From Paramoeba atlantica (taxonomy: Eukaryota > Protista > Discosea), in NCBI GenBank assembly GCA_977017575.1, contig CDRNVI010000040.1:1-64000 (forward strand): 64,000 nucleotides of DNA. Reading direction: 5' to 3'. Below the pieces are notes generated by a model, which did no database searches, was not told the DNA's origin, and saw only the letters and a list, made by a program, of their open reading frames with translations. Every line of letters starts with the position of its first letter. Positions within the stretch are counted from its first letter, which is position 1. A program made the position numbers and the translations under genes. Positions 8,403-20,900 of this stretch are shown in pieces.

Positions 8403-9354
8403 CCTTTCCTTATTGTAAGACCTTTCCTTATTGTAAGACCTTTCCTTATTGTAAGACCTTTCCTTATTGTAAGACCTTTCCTTATTGTAAGACCTTTCCT
8501 TATTGTAAGACCTTTCCTTATTGTAAGACCTTTCCTTATTGTAAGACCTTTCCTTATTGTAAGACCTTTCCTTATTGTAAGACCTTTCCTTATTGTAAGA
8601 CCTTTCCTTATTGTAAGACCTTTCCTTATTGTAAGACCCTTCCTTATTGTAAGACCTTTCCTTATTGTAAGACCTTTCCTTATTGTAAGACCTTTCCTTA
8701 TTGTAAGACCTTTCCTTATTGTAAGACCTTTCCTTATTGTAAGACCTTTCCTTATTGTAAGACCTTTCCTTATTGTAAGACCTTTCCTTATTGTAAGACC
8801 TTTCCTTATTGTAAGACCTTTCCTTATTGTAAGACCTTTCCTTATTGTAAGACCTTTCCTTATTGTAAGACCTTTCCTTATTGTAAGACCTTTCCTTATT
8901 GTAAGACCTTTCCTTATTGTAAGACCTTTCCTTATTGTAAGACCTTTCCTTATTGTAAGACCTTTCCTTATTGTAAGACCTTTCCTTATTGTAAGACCTT
9001 TCCTTATTGTAAGACCTTTCCTTATTGTAAGACCTTTCCTTATTGTAAGACCTTTCCTTATTGTAAGACCTTTCCTTATTGTAAGACCTTTCCTTATTGT
9101 AAGACCTTTCCTTATTGTAAGACCTTTCCTTATTGTAAGACCTTTCCTTATTGTAAGACCTTTCCTTATTGTAAGACCTTTCCTTATTGTAAGACCTTTC
9201 CTTATTGTAAGACCTTTCCTTATTGTAAGACCTTTCCTTATTGTAAGACCTTTCCTTATTGTAAGACCTTTCCTTATTGTAAGACCTTTCCTTATTGTAA
9301 GACCTTTCCTTATTGTAAGACCTTTCCTTATTGTAAGACCTTTCCTTATTGTAA
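8401..9354 (+). repeat. 18-bp tandem array (GACCTTTCCTTATTGTAA) x53, 5' part of LINE1
   Basis: 954 bp = 53 units; one substitution visible near 8640. Confidence 0.97.
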
Positions 9355-12300
9355 TCGTTATAATAAGGCCATGGATACCTCCGGCACGGTCAATGAGAGA
9401 AAGCGGTGTTCTGACCCGGTTGCTCTTATTGGTCGGTCCAGGTTAGGTCGGGGCGTCAATTTTTGGCCATCAAAGTCAAAGGTTGGCGTAGCAAAACTCC
9501 GTGATCGTGCGGTAACCAGTATGTCCAACACGATTCGTGCGGGGTCTCGTGTCGCTGTGGTCTGGAGCTGGTCGTTTGCTCAAAGGCTAAAGATGTGGCA
9601 AGGGACTGCGAAATTTCGGGCCAAAAATGGTCTATGGCGTATTCGCTATGACTGTTGTCCTGGAGTATCGTTTCCTTTTCCCCCTATAGACCAACGAGTA
9701 GCGATCTGTGCGGGCCGCGTGGCACCCCCCCGTAAGAAGAAATGTAGGAAGCACCGTTCTGCGCGACTTCCCCGTCGGAATGGCTCCCCGGCGGTCGAGG
9801 AATCTAACCCCATTGCCACGAACAAGACGCTACATCTTGCAACTCTAAACGTCACTACCCTGAAACTAAAGGGAACTGATTATTTCTCCCTTCGCAAATC
9901 GACACGACTACGGGAAATTATGTCGTACATGGTCGAGCGAGGCCTTGCCCTCTGTTGCCTTCAGGAAACTCGTGTACAAACCGATATCATTCAAAACATT
10001 GCACATCAGACAATTCGTCATGGAAAGTTCGTATTTCATGTTTATATTCAAGGCGCTATCAAAGGTTACGGTGGACTCATGATTCTAAGCCTATTTGAGC
10101 CTGCTCTTGTGTCGCGAATCAGTGATCGGATCCAACAGGTTACTCTAGACTTACCAAAATTCCACGGTGTGCTATTCAATGTTTATGCCCCCACGGCGGT
10201 GGCAAAAGATGACGTAAAGGAGAAATTTTGCAATGATCTACGTGATGCATGGTATCTTAGTAATGCGAAAATAAAACTTGTTCTGGGGGATCTTAATGCG
10301 CCACTGACAGATAAGTGTCAGCAAATAATGCGTAAAAATAAGGCACAACATCGGCTTACCAATTTACTGTCTGAGCTTGGGGCTCGCGCGGCACATACAT
10401 CCTGCCCAAGCAGAAAGAAGTGGACTTATACTTTTCAAAATGGAACTGTAAAACAACTAGACCATATTCTTGTCAACAAACGTTTCGTCACTACCTTACA
10501 TGGCCACAGAGTTCTCCAACCCCCGGTGCCGACTCGACATCAAATAGTAACAGTAAAAACTAAGTTTCGTTGGAAAGCTTCAGTAAATGACGGTAGCTTG
10601 CGATTACCGTGGTATCAGTTAAAGGATCCACAAATATGTATGGACTTCATACGCCGTGTGAAAGAGAACTACACCGAACATGCGGAGATAGTTGGGATGA
10701 AAAGAAGACGAAATGAGCCAAACCAGAAAATGTCAACCGAAATGCCTGTGATATTTCCAAGTGATATTTTGTTGGATAAATTGGAAAAAGCAATTATCAT
10801 GGCTGCTGAATCTATACCAACGAAGGAGGAAAACATAAACATGTTTGCTTCAAACGATGAAACTACTACACAGTTGCGAATCCGTGACATTTTCCGTACG
10901 TCTCAAAGTCCGCAGAGGTTCGATTCTCTAGTAAAAGAACATAGCATCACCGTGAATGAAAATATCACTCAAGAATGCCTGTCTCTACAACAAAACTTTC
11001 AAAGATACAAACGTTCTTCTTGGAGACATGTTAAAATGATGGCTGGGCACACTTCATCACGCCTCAGACCGCCAGGAAAAACAAAAAGCGAACAATTATG
11101 TAATGTGCGATTACACTTTCAGAATACTGTGCAACTAAAGGAGGTAGACAACAAGATCAAATTTGCGGAAGCGCCAAAGTCGTTTATCCCTATATCTGAT
11201 GGACCGTTTGATCTCAATGAATTGACGACTGCTCTTAAAGATATGGCAACTGGTAAAGCACCAGGCATTGACTCGATTCCAATTGAAGCCTTACGAGTAC
11301 TGAACAGCGATCCGTTCATACAATCTATTCTTCTACATTTAATTAATATGGTTCGTGAGAGCGGAAGAGCTCCACAGACATGGAAACGAGTTATCCAAGT
11401 CCCAGTTCCGAAAAAAGGCGACTTAGGCAACATAAACAATTGGAGACCAATATGTCTAATAGTGCACGCTGCAAAACTCATGAACCGTATGATACTAAAT
11501 CGAATTCTTCCTACAGTGGATGCTCAATTAAGTGATTGTCAATACGGATTCCGACCCAATAGAGCAACAACGGGAGCACAAGCAACCCTCATTGAGTTGT
11601 GCCAGAAAGCGTCTCGTGAGAATCCTGGTGTTGCGCTAGGCTTCGTGGATTTCCGTCAGGCATTTCCTTCAGTCAGCTTTTTCTCCATTCGTGCTGCACT
11701 GGAAGCCTTTCACATCCCGCAGCATCTCAGCAGCATGATAATGTCTATGTATGAAAAAACAGAAGCAGTTGTACGATGCAAAAGCGGAGTTACTGATACG
11801 TTTCCGATCCAGTGTGGCACACTTCAAGGTGATGTTTTGGCCCCTGTCCTATTCCTCATGGTTCTGGATCGAGTCATGGCTGAAGTGTATAAGGAAAATG
11901 AGTTCGGACTTATCTTGCGAAGGGCGGGCACAAAAAGACAAGGAAAGCCTGCGCAATGTCTAAATTATTTAGCATACGCGGATGATTTAGTGCTCATATG
12001 TCCCTCTCTTACTAATTTGAATCGCGTTATGGAAAGACTGGAACAAACAGCTGCGAAAGTCAACTTACGTCTCAACATTGGTGTAAATAAAACTGCGTGG
12101 ATGGCAGTAGGTCAAGTGAATGACGCACAAGGTGACTTGATTCTAACGAATGGGGGGTTGGTGCCTCGAATCACCGAATATCGATACTTGGGGTTGAAAA
12201 TTACTAATAAGGGTGTCATTGTAAACTTTGAAGACCGAATTAACTTAGCGTGGGCTGCAACACATCGCCTACAGTCATTATGGAAATCAGGCCTCACGCT

Positions 12301-14111
12301 TGTCACAAAATTTCACTTATTCGAATCTCTGGTTTCACCTTTATTGCTGTATGGCTGTGGAAACTTTTCCCTAATAAAAAAAGACGCTGATTTAATTGAC
12401 TGTGAAGTGAACCGAATGAGAAGACTAGCGCTCGGGGTTCGTACTTGGGATGGTAAAAGAGGTACACCATGTGATGCACTATATGGGAACAGAATGCGAC
12501 TTTCTAACGCATGTCGAGTCCTCCGAGTTCAAATGCTAGGACACCTGATCCGCGGCAATAATCCCTTCAAATCGGTAATGCTATGGCGCAAAGCAACAAG
12601 AAAGAAATATCGTCCCACTCTATCAGAGGCATGTGCTGAAGACATGTAACTAGATGTCGAAGATCTCAATGTCCTAGCGGGAGATCGGGATTGGTGGGCG
12701 TCGAGAGTTAAATTTTTGCGTGAATATCTTGAATCTCACAAATCCTACATGGTTTTCGGCTCTAGATCCTGGAAGAAGGTATGCCAGGAATTAGATACTA
12801 CCACCTACAAAGTACTCGAAGGAATTGAAGAAGGCACGGACCATTCTCCTCTCTCAGCTGATTCCGAACACATATACGTAGATGGGGCTGTCAGTTCAGA
12901 AGCAGGAAAACCAGCCGCGGGTTCGGGGATAGTTATTGTTAATTCAAATGGTGTAAGAACCAGACAACACGTTTTACCACCGGAATGCACTTCACCGGAT
13001 CGGGCTGAACTTCGCTCCTTTCTTTTAGGCATTCAGGCAGCTTCGTCTTCTACGAGGAACACAGTTATACATACTGATTCTCATTATGTATGGGACTGGT
13101 ATCATAATGTTAGGGTTCGTTTTTCAATCATTGGATACGGTGGCATGCCAAATGCTGACCTACTCACGCAGATACAAGGAGCAATTAAAGAGCGTTGTAC
13201 AGGTAGTAGTCTCTACGTTATTAAAGTGCGGGCACACTGCGGGAATTCCTTCAATGAAAAAGCTGATGAAATAGCACGCAAAGCACAGAGAACAGCTGCA
13301 CGTCGTTTTTCATGCGTCATTCACACGCAAAGGGAGGGAAACAAATCTAATCACGGTCAAAAAAGGGAGCATGATCTCCAAGAGAAATCTCCACACAAAG
13401 TGAATATGAAAAAAGGGAAACTGAAAAATACAGAAGAAGGCAGCACAGTCAGGATTGCTCGTTCACTCAACCCAGGAGCTAATACCGGGGATCCAGTAAC
13501 GTTTTCTCAGTACAAGACATCACGGGGTAGACTGACGAATGCCCCCATTTTTGTGAAGAAAAGCCGCTATATGTAATCGAAATTTGCTGTGTATAACTTT
13601 GCGCATTAATCTGGAACGCTTATTTTCAGGAGTGTTATGTCCTCTTGGTACATTTATTTATCAACGCGTTAATAATATTCTGGAGCATTTATGTATATTT
13701 CATTGCTAAATATCCGTACTCATCGAAAACACTGAGTGGGATACGTAATATTGATAGTATACGGTGGTTTATTTGGCAAGCAGAGAACAAGTTGGCGCTG
13801 AGTTGCTCTTCGGGCATATGACGCGGCAATGAAGGCAAGAACTTGCGTACTGCTTAACCCTTGGTACCGCGTTGAATATCGATGGTGAAATATTGAGCTG
13901 AAAATGGCTAATTGTAAGATTGTTCTGGTTTTCTTGTGCTCGTTTGTACACGTTTTCTCCTAATTGCAAAAGAAGATAGGTCTCCTACCTCCATTCGCAT
14001 AATCCGCGGTTTGGCCTATTCGTGATGTGGATAGATGTTTCAGTGCGCTAAGGAGAGTGTACGTTGAAAGTTGCATGTGTATAGTCTTTTGTTATTATTA
14101 TTATTATTATT
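8403..14111 (+). mobile_element. LINE1: RTE-like APE-RT-RNase H non-LTR retrotransposon with 5' 18-mer array and (TTA)n tail
   Basis: CTTGA duplicated at 8398-8402 and 14112-14116; (TTA)n at ~14092-14111; single ORF. Confidence 0.85.
9371..13576 (+). pseudogene. LINE1 polyprotein (small N-terminal module, APE, RT, RNase H); one in-frame TAA at 12647-12649
   Basis: APE: ATLNV, LQETR, FNVYAPT, GDLNA, QLDHIL; RT: KAPGID, NWRPICL, QYGFRP, QGDVLAP, YADD; RNase H: YVDGA, RAEL, HTDSHY, VRAHCGNSFNEKAD, in the same frame after the stop. Confidence 0.85.
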
Positions 14112-14863
14112 CTTGAACTTTCGGCGCCGCCGCCGCCGTCACCGCAGTCGCTGCCGAGCGATCGACACAAGAAATCTCCTGAGGGTCCGTCTGCGACAAC
14201 ATTGCCGCGATCACAACTATTGCCTCCGTCGCAAAAGTCTCCGTCGCAACCGCGATCGTCTCCGACAGCACCGCAAGCGCAAACGTCGGAATCGCCAGCA
14301 CCGCCGCGATCGCCCCCGTCGCAAAGTCCTGCGAAGCGATCGCAACCGCCTCCGCAGCGGCAACCTCAACCGTCCCCGCCGCGACCGTCTACGCCACAAC
14401 CGTCCCCGTCTACGCCGCAACCATCTCCGCCGCAACCGCGACCGTTTCCGCCCCAAGCATCTTCGTCGCAAGAGCTACCGGTCCCGTTACCGCTACCGCA
14501 ACCGACAAACACACAGCACTCCGAGCGGTTGCGAGCCACCCTGCAGAAAAAGAGGGCTTTCGTTTTCCCTCCACAAAAGACTCCTTTGCCGCCACCACGG
14601 AATTCCCCATCTTCGAAATCCCCGACATCGTCGACGCCGCCACCCTCATCAGAATCTTGCATTTCACCTGGATCGCAATCTCCGTCGCATCCTCTGAACG
14701 AACGGAACGAAGGACGAGCTGAGGAACGGAAAGAAGCGAAAGATAAAAAAGCCATTGAAGCATCGAAACAAACCAATTCACACATTCGCATTCGTCGACC
14801 GACCGGCTCTCGATTCACGTTTCCTACAGCTAGCACCGTGATTCAGACCATGAAACCAATTGC
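14112..14863 (+). pseudogene. CRE-A ORF piece 2 (Pro/Ser-rich)
   Basis: In frame with pieces 1 and 3 once the insertions are removed. Confidence 0.7.
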
Positions 14864-17800
14864 TAATAGTTCACGTTTTGAAATTTAGCCGAGGGGCGGC
14901 TATATATTTGCCTGCTGGCCCTTCGGGGCACATAATTTTCTCAAATTATGATGTAGTATTCTCTAATTGCATGGAGGGGGGTGTTTACTCGTTTGTTATA
15001 TTCTTGTTAGGTTGTTATTTTGTTACGTTTAAAGTTTTGTGCCCACCCACCGAGCCCCCAGCCATTTGGCCGAGGGTTCCCCCTACGATCCGGTTACTTG
15101 GCAACCGTGGATCGACACGGATGATTTGTTCAAGCCACGTGAACTCATCCGTGAGCTGCGCGAAGCTCCGCAGCTTGGGGTACGCTTCAACCCTCCGCCG
15201 CAGCGTGAGCGCCTGTTCAAGATGTTAACTGAATGGGTGTACGCTGCGTGCAATACGGAGGGATGACTAGAGAAGCACAACCTCGCCGTAGCCCTTCTCA
15301 TCATCGAAGAGCTTCGCAACCATTATTGGGCTGCGGCGGGCGTTGCTGTCGAGCTTGTGCAACAGCGGTTGCACCGTGACGACGACCCTCAGGACCGCTA
15401 CGGTCAGCTTGTGGTTGACGAGCAACTGAGGGGCCGGACTGCGCAGCGTGCTCCTCGTCGACGCAGCCAAGGACCTTTCTGTTTTGGCTGTCATCAGCCA
15501 GGCCACCTCCGATCGAACTGCCCCCAAGCGTCCCAACAGCAGGGGGGGCAGTTCCGTACCACACGCACCCCGCAACAGGATTTTCGCGGCGGGGTGGTGG
15601 GCGGCGCCAACCGTTACGGCGCAACACGGGCTTTCCACTAGGAAATGCCCCCCACCCCAATTACTGCTCGTGCCCGTCGTCTCAGGCGACGACGGGTGGA
15701 TATTCTTACCCCCGTTTCCTCCCCGTCTCTCCGCCAGCGCGAAAGACGGCCACGCGTGCGTGGCACTACTCCTCCTCCCCGCCCTCTCTCCCCGTTACGT
15801 CTAAGGCGCAGAAGCGTCTCCCTCCCAATCCGTCCTCTACCCCGGCTTCCCGTTCCCGTTTACACCGCCGCCAAGACCGCCGCCGCCAAAACCGCTGCCG
15901 TCGTAACCGCCGACGCCGCGCAGCCTCCAGGAGGACGCCGCCAGGAGCTGCTGAGGGCGATTCTTCGAATGCCCCCCGAGGACCCGCGCGCCACTCAATT
16001 GGGCGAGGCGCTCAGACCCATGTGGGCAACGGCCACGTGGGCCACAAGGGAGCGACTGTGGTTCCGCCTGCGCGAGTATTGCCAGGCGAAGGGAATCACC
16101 GCGAATCCTGCAAACGCGGTGCTCTTCCTGGAGACTCTGCCTCTCGCTACCTCGACGCGCATGGGGTACGCAGGGGCATTGAGGACTCTGTTCGAGCTCA
16201 TGGGAATCGAAGGTACCCCATTGAGTCTCTACGTAAAGTCCCTGCAAGCGCAGGGGGGGCTAGAACCCACGCGGCAGATGCTACCAATCACGCCACTTCT
16301 TCTAAAGAAGCTGAGACGTCATCTCGACGTAAAGGAGAGCATGTGTTGCCTCCTGTGTTGGAAAGCCGCTGCGAGATGGACCGAGACCGCCGACCTGAGG
16401 CGGGAGCAGTTCGTGAGTGTGGCCAGTCACGAGGTAATCATTTATTGGGGCAGGGGGACCAAGACAACCCGTCTGAATCCTTACCGGCCGTACCTCTACG
16501 CGATAGTGACTGGATCGGGGACACCCGAACTGGCTCAGTTTGTGGGAAGTTTGAGACCAGGCCAGCGCCTGTGTTACACGACGGTCCGGGAGATGGACCA
16601 CAGGATGAATCAACTTCTCGGTCCGGGGTATGGAACACATTCCATAAAAAGAGGTGCAATTACTTACCTATTCGACGAGATCTCCCTCGGGAATCTCAGG
16701 ATGGAGGACGTCCAGAACCTCACGAAACACCTCAACGTCGAATCACTGTTGCGCTACAACGCAAGCAGTATTACAACGGCAAGGGCTCTCGGGACGCAGA
16801 GAGTCTCAGCACGTCTCCCAGTGCTGTAACCTCGGAGCACGTGGCAAAGTGCTTCGAGGAAGTGCCTTACCTTCGCAGGCACTCCGTTGTTTGTGCACGC
16901 CGCTCTTCACGGCTAGCCAAGGCACACGACGCTCACCTACCTTTGCACGTTAAGAAGTCGATACCTGTTATCCATTTGGATCAGGTTAAGGAGTGGATGA
17001 GTCTGTCAGCTGCCACTCGTTTTCGCAAGGTAGTGGATGAATTATTATGGGTACCTAAAGCCCCGTACCCCGAACCTAGTGTGAAAGGTTCATTGCCTGA
17101 GGCGGACGTCCGATTGTTGGAGGACGCAGGCATAATCTCCAAGGTCCCGGCGCAGGAGTTGAGAAAGCGCCCATCGATGCAGTTCATGATTCCCTTCACG
17201 GTTGTGGAGACCGATGATGAGGGCAATCAGCGCAGAAGATTTATTTCATGGACAAGGGACGATAACGATAGATTAAAATCATATGAACCAAAGGTCCCAT
17301 TATATCATCCCTCCAAGTATCTTCATAAGGCGCACGAGCCGATGGCTGTGAAGCGGGACTTCACGTGTGGATTTTACCAGATTGGTATCCCAAAGAGGGC
17401 GCGGCCCAAATTCCGCCTTAGAACGACCAGTGGAGACGTGTTTGAGATGAACGTCCTCCCGATGGGCCATAGGTGTGCACCGGAGGTTATGCACACGGTT
17501 ACCGCCGCGATTGCTGGCGAGGCGTCTATTTGTTCTCAGCGCTACTCGTTTCACCGAGGCGCTATCGACGTTTATGTTGACGGAGTTCGGTTTGCAGGAA
17601 CCCACTCCGAGGCCACCACGTACGCTCAGTTCATTGACGAGCGTTGCGACAAGGCGAACGGTCTTTTTAAAGATCGGGGTCAGCCCCCTGTAGCACAGTA
17701 CGTGTTCAATGGGGTGGCGTTCGACCATAACGCGCATACGGTCTGCCTGGGACCGCGAGTGATCAGGAAACTGCGAGCCGACTCTTTCTTCAATATTTCC

Positions 17801-17978
17801 TTTGTTGACCTAGAGGCGGTGGTGGGGCGCCTCATTTATGGCTCCGCAGTTCTCCGACTCAATATGCCGCGGTTTTATTTCGCTTTGAAGGTGGCGCAAC
17901 GGCGTATCAACTTGTTGAACCGTTGCCCGAAGTTATGTGACCGTCCGGTCGCACTCCCTGTCGTCACTCGCTCCATGC
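14864..17978 (+). mobile_element. YR retrotransposon family V2, copy 1 (left end A-spacer-B' fused to mid-gag; truncated in RT)
   Basis: A repeat 14864-15041; gag remnant ~15081-15641 with TGG>TGA at 15264-15266; intact YR; RT cut at the (CA)n tail of LINE3. Confidence 0.85.
15645..16829 (+). CDS. Tyrosine recombinase of V2 copy 1
   Basis: CWKAAARWTE, GTHSIKRGA, KHLNVESLLRY. Confidence 0.85.
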   Translation: MPPTPITARARRLRRRRVDILTPVSSPSLRQRERRPRVRGTTPPPRPLSPLRLRRRSVSLPIRPLPRLPVPVYTAAKTAAAKTAAVVTADAAQPPGGRRQELLRAILRMPPEDPRATQLGEALRPMWATATWATRERLWFRLREYCQAKGITANPANAVLFLETLPLATSTRMGYAGALRTLFELMGIEGTPLSLYVKSLQAQGGLEPTRQMLPITPLLLKKLRRHLDVKESMCCLLCWKAAARWTETADLRREQFVSVASHEVIIYWGRGTKTTRLNPYRPYLYAIVTGSGTPELAQFVGSLRPGQRLCYTTVREMDHRMNQLLGPGYGTHSIKRGAITYLFDEISLGNLRMEDVQNLTKHLNVESLLRYNASSITTARALGTQRVSARLPVL

Positions 17979-20900
17979 ACACACACACACACACAACACT
18001 GAAGGCATTACCCTTCAGTTGAGAAACTGTTCAAGCTTCACTAAATATATGCTCCTAAAACTAGAACTAATAGAATTTGATTCCCACACCATCGTGCGCC
18101 CTATTGGTAGATATATTTTTCCATTACTTTCGTTTTGAGTACACCCCTGAGTTTACAGGTTGGATATTCGGAAATGTTTCTTTTCGCTTTGTTCAAATTC
18201 TGCGTTAGCAAGCGAAGACGCGGTGTCTAGTAACTTACCTTTTCTCTTACGCCGCATCCGACGCTCCTCACGGGTTGGGTTCGTGGTTTTCTTTTCTATT
18301 GTTTTAAGGCACGCTATCCACTCATATTCGGAGTGGGCCGATTCATTTCCTCGGTTCAGGTTTTTTCTTCGTTTAGAAATAGGTTCCGAACTAACGAGCT
18401 TTTTACTTAAGGTATCCGCTTCTTCATTCCATTTATTCCCTGAATGGCCTCGGACCTTAATAAAGGTGATGGTTCTCCCCTGACAATGCGCTGATCGAAT
18501 AAAACTATCCAGAAAACTAAGCAGATCGGAATTCGAGCCTTCAAAACCAACCAGTCGATCTTTCCTTCGGCGCATATTTACAAAATTCCACACATAATAC
18601 GAATCTGTGTGTACAACAACATTTTCAACTTCTTTTAGTTTACTCAAACCAAATAGGGCAGCGTGAATTTCGGCTCTTTCAGGAGATTTGGTTTCCAGGT
18701 AGGATAGGGAGGACGAAAAACTTTCATGCTTCTCTGCGTTTACTATTACACATCCAACTGCTACCTTTACCCTTGTGTCCGTATCATCGGAGATAGAAGC
18801 ATCCACGTACGCATGCATTTCCTCTGGTTTTACAGGAAAAGGGGTTTCCCCTTCTTCGATAAATTCTAATTTATTACACACTGTTTCTTTTAAAGCGTTT
18901 TTGTATGCTAGTTTCCATTTAGGACTTTTGTAGCCAATATAAGACTCTGAGGGCTCGAGTCTCTCTGAGAGGTTTTCAATTAATTTGGCCCAGTGTGCGC
19001 GATCAGAGGCATATACAAGCATTTCTTCCATCTCAATCCCAAGGTCTTGTGCGCATGCTTCGGAAGGCGATGGAAATCTCGCCTTTTCCCGGGAGCCCCA
19101 TCCTACTAAAGAGCGGTAGATCTCAGAGTGCCTAATTTGGTGACCCACAAGGCGCGCCCGATTAATACGATGTATTGTATTGAAATGTAGCGTGTTGTGG
19201 CACAGAGATTCAATAGGATAACAATGCCCATTCTCATCAACTCCTACGGCGTCACACACGATGCGCCTCATGTTGTTTACCTGTACTTCAACGTTTCTCA
19301 CCTGCGATGCCGATATCACCATGGATGACGTACCGTAGTTTAGTATGGGATAGACAAGGGTGTCAAAAATTCGAAGCTTAGCCTTTACGCGAAGAGGCGA
19401 GATCCAAATACCTCGTAGTTTGCTAAAACACGCCCACGTCAAACGTAATCTGTCGGTTAATGTTAATTTAGGCTCGGTTTCATGCTGAACATGCCCCAGA
19501 TGGCGGTACGATTTTACTTTCGGAATGTTCCCACAAGTTGATGAAAGGAGATCGCCATCCTTATTCTCATTCTTCGAGATGGACATCCATGCCGTTTTGT
19601 TGACACCAGCGGCTATACTCAAATTAGCTTTGGATGCTTCAGTAGCGACGCTGTCGACCATCCTTTCTAATGAACGTTTGGAGTCGGAAAACAGGATCAA
19701 ATCATCAGCGTAATCAATATCAGTCACTCGTGTTGATTTATATCCACGTTTTCTGGTTCCGGCGGAGCTCAGCGTTAGTCCATCATCTTTATTTTTCAAT
19801 GCCGCGTGAAGGATGCGATAGAGAACCATGATAAATAAATACGGAGCCAGCACATCCCCTTGCAAAATACCCGAGGTAATAGGAAAGGAGCTGGTTTTCC
19901 CAAACGGGGTACGTACAATGGCCTCTAAGCCCTCGTAGGCCGACATTGCAAGGGTTGTCATTCGAGGTCCTACGTGGAACGAATGTAACGCTGCCCTGAT
20001 AGATGAGTGTGAAAGCGATGGAAAGGCACTCGCGAAGTCGATGAAAGCAATCATGACATTTTCGTGACTTCGATTCCGTCTTGATTTCGTGAGGATTTCA
20101 TTGAGAATAATTTGGGCTCCACAGGTGGACCTCTCCGGGCGGAAACCATATTGATTTTCGCGTAGAACTCGCTCGGTCGAGGGCCGAATACGATTCAAAA
20201 TCATACCGTTAATTAGCTTGAGGATAACGTTGACAAGACATATTGGGCGCCAATTCCGCAGCTCGGAAAGATCACCTTTTTTTCGGTACGGGGACTTGCA
20301 GAACGGTTTTCCAGAGATGGTGCGTCTTTCCCGTTTCAAGGGCTTTGTTGATGATTCCAAGAAGGAGATGGCGTAAAGAATTTTCTTCGAGTATGGATAT
20401 GTACGCTTCCGCTGGTATCTCGTCGAGTCCTGGAGCTTTTCCTCGTTTAAGTCTACGCGCAGCGCATGCAAGTTCATCTTCTGTGAAAGGTGAATCCATG
20501 ATTTCTCCATCAAAGTTTTTGGCCTCATCAAATTCAACTTTTGTGTCTCCAACACCTCGGTTAGCAATTTTAGAGAAGAAGTCCTTAACGGCTGCTAGTC
20601 GTTTCCGGTTTGATTGACCTGCGCCATAATTAAAAACTGTTTTCCTCATTCCGCATATTTCGCGAATGAATCTCCAAGGGCTGGAATGGTTTTTCCGTAG
20701 TTTTTCTTGGAGAATTGCACATTCAGCTTCAATTGTTTCCTCAATTTGCTCACGACTCTTGTCTACAAGACCTTTGAATGTATGCGCATTTCGACTAGAT
20801 TTGTACAGGGCGCTGAGTGATAATATTTCCTCTTGTTTGTTTGTTTCTTCTCGTTGCCCATTGGATTTACTTAAGTCACTTGGTGCCTCGAAATCCGGAA

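Noticed and set aside
9355-9480. HDV-like ribozyme or ingi/L1Tc Pr77 signature at LINE 5' ends
   Set aside because: An ACC-TCCGGCAC-GGT loop and some stems are present, but there is no G1-started P1 or P1.1 GG, LINE2 does not fit the same fold, and there is no Pr77 sequence.
9790-9820. 2A-like peptide upstream of APE (AVEESNPIA)
   Set aside because: Lacks the essential NPGP ending and is absent from LINE2.
14071-14888. Host mucin-like or Arg-rich protein gene
   Set aside because: The Pro/Ser-rich frame is the interrupted N-terminal part of CRE-A; the other frames are by-products of CCG-rich sequence.
2148-15266. Stop-codon reassignment (Blastocrithidia-like code)
   Set aside because: In-frame stops are rare and copy-specific (TGG>TGA at 15264 versus TGG in copy 3), and long ORFs end normally in TAA, TAG or TGA.
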